Of a stretch of 64,000 nt of DNA, positions 57,088 to 64,000 are shown piece after piece. A program made the translations under genes and the position numbers. The notes under the pieces are model-generated. The model was not told where the DNA came from. It ran no database searches and worked only from the letters and a program-made list of their open reading frames with translations. The number at the start of each line of letters is the position of its first letter. Position 1 is the first letter of the stretch. Source of the stretch: Nitrospirae bacterium MYbin6 (GTDB taxonomy: Bacteria; Nitrospirota; Thermodesulfovibrionia; Thermodesulfovibrionales; Magnetobacteriaceae); assembly GCA_002753305.1 (NCBI GenBank), contig PEAC01000006.1, positions 265-64,264 on the forward strand. Reading direction: 5' to 3'.

Positions 57088-59424
57088 TTAGATGAATGCC
57101 CTCGACTGAATCCCGGCTATGCCGGCAGTTGAGTCTTGTGTCACCTCTGCCGAGTTTGCCTCGTCGGTATCAAGGTGCAGCTCAAGCGTATAGTTCGGGC
57201 TTACCCTGACAAAGACATCTCCGAATATGACATTCCGTGCGCTTTCAATAATAACCCTTACGACGTCGTGGTCTCTGAGGCCGTATGAAAGGGCATCTTC
57301 GGGACTCATGTGAATATGTCTCTGGGCGCATATGACGCCGCTATCGAGTTTTATACGTCCGGCAGGGCCTTCAAGTGTGAGTGAGGCCGAACCCTCAAGG
57401 TCTCCTGAGAGCCTGACAGGGGCGTCGATGCCGAGTTTAAACTCCTCCGTGCGGCTAATCTCCACCTGTGTCTCCCTTCGCAGCGGGCCGGCTATGGCGA
57501 CGCTTTCTATTGTGCCACGGGGGCCTATAAGGCTCAGCGTTTCTTCGGCAATAAATGACTGCGGCTGCCTGAGCTGCTGTTTTTTTGTTAGTGCCTTGCC
57601 CTTGCCAAAGAGTGCGGCGAAGTCCTTTTCGCTTAAGTGGACATGGTGCCCTGTGGTGTAAATGGGAATCTTTCGTTTCAAGTCAGAGACGGTTGCCTCT
57701 TTTACTTTCACGATGTGCAGGGCGTGGAGGGTCTCTCTGGCAATCATTCGCTCTTCGTCTGCGGCTACGACAAGGATTTTAATCTGTGCGCCGTCGACGG
57801 AGATCTCCTCTATATGGCCCCTTTTTACCTTTGCCTTTTCGTTTGCCTCTTTAGAGAGGACCAGGCCCATGTGCTCAAGGCCGTGGCACACGCGCCCACG
57901 TATTTCGGCCGAGTTTTCGCCGATACCTGCTGTAAAGACCAACACATCAAGGCCGCCCAGGACACCCATGTATGCGGCAATGTATTTTTTCAGCCGGTAA
58001 CAGAACAGCGACACGGCGGTCTTTGCCCTGGCGTTGCCGGAGTCAGCGGCTGCCAGCACTTCTCTCATATCGTTACTCAACCCTGTGAGGCCCTTAAGGC
58101 CGCTTTCCTTGTTCAGCAATGTATCGACATCTTTAGCGCCGAGGCCGGAGTTTAACAGATAAATTAATACGCCGGGGTCGATATCGCCACAGCGCGTACC
58201 CATGACAAGCCCCTCCAGAGGGGTCATACCCATGCTTGTGTCAACGCTGAGGCCATGGTCGATGGCACATACGGAGGTGCCGTTACCGAGGTGGCACGAG
58301 ATGATTCTCAACTCCCTGACATTGCGTTTAAGATATGTTGCCGCCATTAATGAGACGTAGTTGTGGTTAGTGCCGTGGAAGCCATAGCGGCGAATGTTTT
58401 CATTGATTTTGTATTTTTCCCCAAGATCGCGTGAGATGGCATAGAGATAAGCGCTCTCCGGCATGTTCTGATGAAACGCGGTATCAAACACCGCAACTGC
58501 GCCCTTTTGTGGCAGGAGTTTTCGCATCTCCTCTATTCCGGCAAGGTTGTATGGATTGTGAAGAGGGGCAAGGGCAACGCACTGCCTTATTTCTTCGATT
58601 ACCTCATCGGTTATGGCCGCTGAGTTTTTAAACTTATCCCCGCCGTGAACTACTCTGTGGCCGATAGCGTCAATTTCGTCGAAAGAGGCGATTGCACCGA
58701 TTGCGGGGTCAGTCAGTGCGGCCTCCATTTCGATGAATGCCTTTGGGAAATCGGAGACTTCTATCTCTTTTTTCACATCCGATTTTTGGGTCTTTATCTT
58801 GTGGTATGACGCAGTTGTGCCGATTTTCTCGATCAGGCCCTCAAGAAGGGGAAAGGGGTTGGAGGTGTCAAAGAGCGAATATTTCAACGAAGAGCTGCCG
58901 CAGTTTATGACCAGGATCTTTGTTGGTTTAAGAGCAGAGGAGAAGTTCAGGTCATAGGGGTCGGGGTTTTCCTGGTGTGAGGCCTTGTACTGGGCAATGA
59001 GGGCCTCGTTTTGTTCTTTTTGGGCCATTCGTTTACTAATCAGTGCTGCTATTTTAAGGAGTGCCGCAGAGTTTCTTGCTATTACCTGAGAGATTATATC
59101 GCGTGGGATAGCGATACCCTGTGAGTGTTCAATCGCAAGCACATCGGCAACTGCCGGTTCCCCTGTCATAATTGACATCTCACCGAAGACATCGCTGGAT
59201 TTCAGCGTAGCGGTGAAGAGTTTATCGCCCATGGAGTCCGTAAAGACCACCTCGGCCTTGCCTTTAATGAGGACATAGAGAAACCTGCCCGGCTGTCCGC
59301 GGGATATGATTTTTTGCCCAGGGGTGTAGTCTTCTACTGAGGAGGCCTCAATCAGTGTATTAAGTTCGGCATCTTTGAGGTCAGAAAAAAAATGAGTTGA
59401 CTTAAGAAATGTTTTTGTATCCAT
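57088..59424 (-). CDS. ackA: cNMP-binding domain + acetate kinase + PduL phosphotransacylase fusion
   Basis: FGEMS cNMP fold; NCGSSSLK, GHRVVHGG, RYGFHG, MTPLEGL (AckA); HVHLS, QRHIHM, LHLDTDEAN (PduL). Confidence 0.88.
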   Translation of the reverse strand: MDTKTFLKSTHFFSDLKDAELNTLIEASSVEDYTPGQKIISRGQPGRFLYVLIKGKAEVVFTDSMGDKLFTATLKSSDVFGEMSIMTGEPAVADVLAIEHSQGIAIPRDIISQVIARNSAALLKIAALISKRMAQKEQNEALIAQYKASHQENPDPYDLNFSSALKPTKILVINCGSSSLKYSLFDTSNPFPLLEGLIEKIGTTASYHKIKTQKSDVKKEIEVSDFPKAFIEMEAALTDPAIGAIASFDEIDAIGHRVVHGGDKFKNSAAITDEVIEEIRQCVALAPLHNPYNLAGIEEMRKLLPQKGAVAVFDTAFHQNMPESAYLYAISRDLGEKYKINENIRRYGFHGTNHNYVSLMAATYLKRNVRELRIISCHLGNGTSVCAIDHGLSVDTSMGMTPLEGLVMGTRCGDIDPGVLIYLLNSGLGAKDVDTLLNKESGLKGLTGLSNDMREVLAAADSGNARAKTAVSLFCYRLKKYIAAYMGVLGGLDVLVFTAGIGENSAEIRGRVCHGLEHMGLVLSKEANEKAKVKRGHIEEISVDGAQIKILVVAADEERMIARETLHALHIVKVKEATVSDLKRKIPIYTTGHHVHLSEKDFAALFGKGKALTKKQQLRQPQSFIAEETLSLIGPRGTIESVAIAGPLRRETQVEISRTEEFKLGIDAPVRLSGDLEGSASLTLEGPAGRIKLDSGVICAQRHIHMSPEDALSYGLRDHDVVRVIIESARNVIFGDVFVRVSPNYTLELHLDTDEANSAEVTQDSTAGIAGIQSRAFI

Positions 59425-59435
59425 ATTTGGCTCCT

Positions 59436-59945
59436 TTACTGATTAGTAAGACACTTAATAATCTCGCCCAGGTACATCCTGTGGTAATCCTTCTGCGGGT
59501 AATTGGCTTCAATTGCCGGGTCCAAAAAACGGCTCGGGTCGATGTCCTGGTAGTATATTTTCCTGCATAGAAATACGAGGCGCGCTTCTTTAAAGTATAT
59601 CGTTGCGTTGTCCTGGCCGGGGGTAAGGCCGGTTGCGGCCATTTTATCGGTGTCTCTGCCTGAGTGTGTGCCGCAAAAAAGCAGTGTCTTTTTATATTCT
59701 TCCGTGAAGAAAGAGAGAGAGAACGTGCCGGATTTTTCCATAAAAGAGTATGTGTGGCGGGTTGGGCGAACGACGCAGGTGCAGATCTTTTTGGCCCACA
59801 TAATGCCAAGGCCGCCCCAGCTTGCCGTCATAGTATTAAAGGAATCGGCATCACCGGCCGTAATGAGCATCCACTGGCTGCCGATGGCCTTAAACGGGTT
59901 ATCGGGCAGGTCTTCAGGGTTTACCTCTATGAATTTATCAGCCAT
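59436..59945 (-). CDS. Flavin reductase-like protein
   Basis: WMLITAG, NTMTASWG, CGTHSGRD, HRMYLGEI. Confidence 0.85.
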   Translation of the reverse strand: MADKFIEVNPEDLPDNPFKAIGSQWMLITAGDADSFNTMTASWGGLGIMWAKKICTCVVRPTRHTYSFMEKSGTFSLSFFTEEYKKTLLFCGTHSGRDTDKMAATGLTPGQDNATIYFKEARLVFLCRKIYYQDIDPSRFLDPAIEANYPQKDYHRMYLGEIIKCLTNQ

Positions 59946-60152
59946 AAAAATCTCCTTAATAATGGTTTTTGCCCTTTTATATCGATTCTTTAATATAACA
60001 TAGTGAGGTAATAAATTTGTCGCGTATTTCGGAGCATTTCGATAGACTGAAGGCGTTCGCTTATCCTGAAACTTTAGGCTCTATAGTCTCATTTTTAGGA
60101 TCCACTACAATACTCTAAGCCCAAAATGGTACAATCAATACATGGAGATAAT

Positions 60153-60491
60153 ATGGACCTGGATATAGACAAATACTGCCTGAGATATGCCCTGGACGAT
60201 AACTATCATACCCTATGCTCCAACTGTCTGGCCGATAACGCCATATCCCCCGGCACTATAGAGCATATGTGCAATCACTGCGGACACCCCCTCAATATAC
60301 GCCGATACCCAATCTCCATCATAGCCATCAGGGGTAATCAGGTAACCTCGGCAGTTATAAGAGACCCTGGCGGCCTGCGCGTCGTATGCGGCAGTTGCGG
60401 ACTTATTATCTATGTCAGATGCGAAGGAGAGGAGTTCATAAACTGTATCGACTGCGGGATACAGATAGATTATAGCAGCTATCCTGACTGA
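60153..60491 (+). CDS. Small double zinc-ribbon-like protein
   Basis: Four CxxC pairs (CSNC, CNHC, CGSC, CIDC); GGAG RBS before ATG 60153. Confidence 0.6.
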   Translation: MDLDIDKYCLRYALDDNYHTLCSNCLADNAISPGTIEHMCNHCGHPLNIRRYPISIIAIRGNQVTSAVIRDPGGLRVVCGSCGLIIYVRCEGEEFINCIDCGIQIDYSSYPD

Positions 60492-60661
60492 TTCCACGGC
60501 ACGTCAGGTACCACATGGTTAACACAATGTAAGGCAGCCGCATTAACAAAATGTAAGCTATCATTCCCGAACACCCACTGCCTATGCGTGAAAATGTCCG
60601 TCATTCCTATGTCTGCCTGGATGTATATAGTTGGCATTGTTTTTGATAGTATCTATAATTG

Positions 60662-61141
60662 ATGGATAAAAATACCCATATAGGGCTGCAAAGGCCGATG
60701 CCGGGCAACGGCAACAATAGAGTCTCTGAGGAGATTAAACCGCGCCAGCCAAGGATAACAGTAAACTACATCATGCACACCAAAGGCGGCACGGCATCGT
60801 GTACCGAATTCACTAAACATCTTAGCTCCAATAACGATATATCACTAAAAAAACACTTCGAGGGCCTTATCCTCGGTATTTACTGTCTGCTGAAAAAATG
60901 GAACGATGAGGGTCTGCTTGAACAAAAAAGGGCCTTAGACCTAACAGCCCTGCGTAATTCTATTGAGCTGCCACACATAGTCGATATATTGGTAAGCGAG
61001 GTCATATACGCAGTATTACACAAGGGCAACCCTGGCATTGAGTCAATGACAGAATACGACAAACTAAACAAGGCCCATAGCCTGAGGCAATCAATAACGC
61101 AATATCTGTCGGGGAGTTTGCTGCAGGTGTGGGATAAATAG
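60662..61141 (+). CDS. Hypothetical protein
   Basis: ~160-aa ORF co-oriented with neighbours; no recognised motif. Confidence 0.45.
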   Translation: MDKNTHIGLQRPMPGNGNNRVSEEIKPRQPRITVNYIMHTKGGTASCTEFTKHLSSNNDISLKKHFEGLILGIYCLLKKWNDEGLLEQKRALDLTALRNSIELPHIVDILVSEVIYAVLHKGNPGIESMTEYDKLNKAHSLRQSITQYLSGSLLQVWDK

Positions 61142-61204
61142 AAATATAGCGGCTGAATACACGGCTGACCCGGTAGAGACCGAGGTGGTCAAGCCAGGCA
61201 AAGG

Positions 61205-62458
61205 GTGCACTTAATGGGTGATGATTCTAAAAACATAAATTTGCAAGGCATTGACATCAACATGCTGGTCCAATGCTTCAGAGAGGACATAATTCCGCTA
61301 TTTGAAAAGGCGGTTATGGGGGACTTCACCGAATACCGTAATGAGCATATACCCATGTGTTATGAGGTGATGTCCTGTAGTAATATCCAATGTCCGGTAT
61401 TTGGCAGTGAACCTCAGAGGTGTTGGCAGGTGGTAGGAACGTATTGTGGAGGGGACCCTCAGGGTTCCTTCGTAGAGAAATATCATAGCTGTAAACAATG
61501 TGAAGTCTTTAAGCAATCGACCCCGACAATAATCGAAGAGGTCGGCGAGAATTTGAATAACATGCTCTTCCTTCTGAATAAGCACCGGCAGGAGATAAAT
61601 AACAATTACGAGTATATAAAGATGCTCAACGAAGAAATCAAGAGCAATCAGGAGCAATTGATACAATCGGAAAAGATGGCGTCTCTGGGAATATTGACGG
61701 CAGGGATAGCGCACGAGATAAATAATCCGCTTTCCTTTGTTCACAACAACGTTATAACAATACAGAAATATACCAATGAGACTTTAAACCTGCAGAAAAT
61801 CTACGATAGGCATGAAACCTCATCCGTGCTTAAATTGGAAGTCGATGCGTATAAACGGCAGATCGATTATGATTATATAGTCGGTAGAAAGGACAAGCTG
61901 TTTGAGGCCACAAAAAACGGCATTACCAGGATCATGAAAATCGTACAAAATCTAAAGGAGTTCTCAAGGCTCGACTCCGCCGAGGTGGCTGAAATCGAGA
62001 TAAACGGCGCCCTCGATACAACGGTCGATATGATACATTTCGAGTATAAGAACCGAATCGAAATCCATAAAAACTATGGAGACATACCAACAGTACTATG
62101 TGTCGGGGCACAAATCAATCAGGTGCTGATGAATCTGCTGATAAACGCATGCCAGGCCATAGAGGGCAGCGGTATAATAACAATCGGTACACACGCGGAC
62201 AACGGCGTTGTAAATATAGAAATTAGCGACACAGGCAAGGGAATCCCAAAAGAGATACAAAATAAGATATTCGATCCCTTTTTTACAACAAAACCCGTAG
62301 GAGTGGGCACAGGCCTGGGGCTTTCAATTTGCTATAAGATAGTAAAAGAACATAAGGGGAGCATTGAACTAGAGAGCACACCCGGCATTGGGACAACATT
62401 CAGGATAAAAATACCTGTTGAATTTGGCAAAGACTTTGAGGGCGGAGCAGATAAGTAA
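61205..62458 (+). CDS. Cytoplasmic sensor histidine kinase with a Cys-rich (two-CW-like) input domain
   Basis: CYEVMSC...CPVF...CWQVVGTYC...CKQC; AHEINNP H-box, QVLMNLLINA, DTGKG, FFTTK, GTGLGL. Confidence 0.9.
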   Translation: MHLMGDDSKNINLQGIDINMLVQCFREDIIPLFEKAVMGDFTEYRNEHIPMCYEVMSCSNIQCPVFGSEPQRCWQVVGTYCGGDPQGSFVEKYHSCKQCEVFKQSTPTIIEEVGENLNNMLFLLNKHRQEINNNYEYIKMLNEEIKSNQEQLIQSEKMASLGILTAGIAHEINNPLSFVHNNVITIQKYTNETLNLQKIYDRHETSSVLKLEVDAYKRQIDYDYIVGRKDKLFEATKNGITRIMKIVQNLKEFSRLDSAEVAEIEINGALDTTVDMIHFEYKNRIEIHKNYGDIPTVLCVGAQINQVLMNLLINACQAIEGSGIITIGTHADNGVVNIEISDTGKGIPKEIQNKIFDPFFTTKPVGVGTGLGLSICYKIVKEHKGSIELESTPGIGTTFRIKIPVEFGKDFEGGADK

Positions 62459-62558
62459 GGCGATTCAGCAGCTTGGCCAGGTAATCCGGCAAAACACATC
62501 GGCAGCCGAGGAGATGGCCTCAACCAGCGAAGAGCTGTCTTCCCAGGGCACGGGTTGA
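62442..62558 (+). pseudogene. Remnant of a methyl-accepting chemotaxis protein C-terminus
   Basis: Reads AEQISKAIQQLGQVIRQNTSAAEEMASTSEELSSQGTG* with no start, overlapping the kinase stop in another frame. Confidence 0.75.
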
Positions 62559-62657
62559 TTTTATAAGTCCTATGTATTATTATAGCAGGAGCAGCTCTTG
62601 TGGAACCTTAAGGTTGAGGCAGAATTACTAATACGCTAATAAAAGGGAGGAACACCT

Positions 62658-63317
62658 ATGGATTCGGAAAATGCCGCCAGTGAAGAAACCTGTCGTTTAA
62701 GCGCTTCAGAGGTTGGCGCACCGATAGAAATAACAACGGAGGCCATACAATCTAAAGTATCCGGTTTTATTGTCGATATTAAGTCCGATATAATTATAAT
62801 TAAGACAAGGGGCATGGATGGGCTTGACGCTAAGTTGCCATCCGGTACTGAAATCAACGTGAAATGCTTTATTGGAGAAAATATTTATAAGTTTTCTACA
62901 GTGGTAAAAGATATTACGTTTGAACCAACAATATTGGCGATTATAGCGTATCCTGAGTCAATTCAAAGAGAAGAACGCCGCGATAAACAGAGAATTGAGT
63001 GTAAAATACCTTGTGTACTCGTGATAAAAGAAAATAAGATAAAGGCATGCGTCCAGGATATAAGCCCGACAGGCTGCAAGTGCAGCTTATATAACTCGAG
63101 CATGTTAGACAGATGGTCGGCCAAGTTTCTGTTCGAGGACAATTGCGCGGTAGAAGTGGTACTTCCCGTGGGCGGCACTAAGAAAGAACAGCCTGTTAAA
63201 GGTACGATAAAATATATAAACACGGCCTATGATAAATTCGACATAGGCATTGAGTTTCAACTGTCGGTAGAGGAAGAGAGAAACATCCTTGAGACGATTT
63301 TAAAGCGCGGCTGGTAG
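62658..63317 (+). CDS. PilZ-domain c-di-GMP receptor (YcgR/flagellar brake-like)
   Basis: RxxxR (RDKQR) and DxSxxG (DISPTG); N-terminal YcgR-like domain. Confidence 0.85.
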   Translation: MDSENAASEETCRLSASEVGAPIEITTEAIQSKVSGFIVDIKSDIIIIKTRGMDGLDAKLPSGTEINVKCFIGENIYKFSTVVKDITFEPTILAIIAYPESIQREERRDKQRIECKIPCVLVIKENKIKACVQDISPTGCKCSLYNSSMLDRWSAKFLFEDNCAVEVVLPVGGTKKEQPVKGTIKYINTAYDKFDIGIEFQLSVEEERNILETILKRGW

Positions 63318-63396
63318 ACTTTACGATGCCTGAGTAATGCGGAAAGGAGTATGGCGTTCAGCACATACCCCTTCCATTATGATTTGGGATACTCTA

Positions 63397-63828
63397 CTAC
63401 ACTTTCTTTAAGTCGGAGCCGCATGGGCATTTGCCGGGTTTGTCAGTTACTGTGTTGCAAGTACACGAATTGCCGCAACTACATGCGTATAGCCCTTTAA
63501 TGCTTACCCTCTTTACAGCCTTACCGCATGTGCATTTCGTTGCGTCTTTTTTGTCAAGCTCACACGTACAACTTGCGCCGCATGAGCAGAGGATAGCCTC
63601 GCTGCCTTCAATTTTTAAAACATGCATTGGAACAGTGTCTTGTCCGCAAGAGCATTTTCCTGGCGCTGTCAATACGGTATTACACGTACAGGTAGGGCCG
63701 CAGTTGCACACATAGAGGATGCTGCCTTGCTTGGGTGCCGAGTCAGCCTTTTTACCTTCGGCATAAACAATACTACAAAGGGCCAATGTTAATAACAACG
63801 ACAGATACACCAACAGTTTTTTCTTCAT
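63397..63828 (-). CDS. Secreted Cys-rich putative metal-binding protein
   Basis: Signal peptide, three CxCGxxCxC...KCxCG units. Confidence 0.78.
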   Translation of the reverse strand: MKKKLLVYLSLLLTLALCSIVYAEGKKADSAPKQGSILYVCNCGPTCTCNTVLTAPGKCSCGQDTVPMHVLKIEGSEAILCSCGASCTCELDKKDATKCTCGKAVKRVSIKGLYACSCGNSCTCNTVTDKPGKCPCGSDLKKV

Positions 63829-63965
63829 TAATCACTCTCTCCTTGGTTTCTTGGGATGTATTATACGAATCGCACTATATCATATATGGCGATGGTTTGT
63901 CAATAAAAAGTCTAAGCCCAAGCTCCGATATAGAAATTTACACTTATCTATATAGAGATCAAAAA

Positions 63966-63993
63966 CTGGATTCCTGCTTTCGCAGGAATGACA
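63966..63993. repeat. REP-like palindromic element
   Basis: CTGGATTCCTGC-TTTC-GCAGGAATGACA, resembling widespread GGATTCC...GGAATGAC palindromic repeats; single copy in the window. Confidence 0.6.
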
Positions 63994-64000
63994 GAAAGGG

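Noticed and set aside
60632..60647. sigma54 promoter TGGCAT-N5-TTGAT
   Set aside because: The -12 element reads GA rather than GC, so support is insufficient.
1..64000. tRNA, rRNA, integrase or transposase marking island boundaries
   Set aside because: None was recognised by eye; tRNAscan-SE, Infernal and ISEScan would be needed to exclude them.

Overview
This is a gene-dense bacterial chromosomal window. The gene content suggests an anaerobic, flagellated Gram-negative, probably Nitrospirota or Desulfobacterota-like (inference only). In order it contains: a PemK/MazF toxin-antitoxin pair, glgP, a J-domain protein with MshEN-like motifs, an Nramp transporter, a surface-polysaccharide cluster (multidomain glycosyltransferase, wzt/wzm, B12 radical SAM), an AT-rich DUF262+HEPN defence pair, a sigma54-preceded lytic transglycosylase, and an Ehr (hydrogenase-4-like, NiFe-less) operon with a decayed HTH leader gene. 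After that come a giant glycosyltransferase with 7 tandem beta-rich repeats, a nucleotidyltransferase pair, and a type 4 BREX-like operon (brxP-brxC-pglZ-brxL plus a small Cys-rich gene). The last third holds an M23/bactofilin/Csd4-like cell-shape cluster, an inserted PIN pair, a cNMP-acetate kinase-PduL triple fusion, and signalling or Cys-rich genes. The strongest leads are (i) the BREX-4 locus, whose brxP has an in-frame internal Shine-Dalgarno+GTG and an AT-rich, possibly swapped segment, (ii) the cNMP-AckA-PduL fusion, (iii) the Helicobacter-like shape module, (iv) the J-domain/MshEN fusion and (v) two gene remnants absent from the ORF track. No rRNA, tRNA, CRISPR array or transposase was recognised. 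All family calls come from motif recognition by eye, not database searches.
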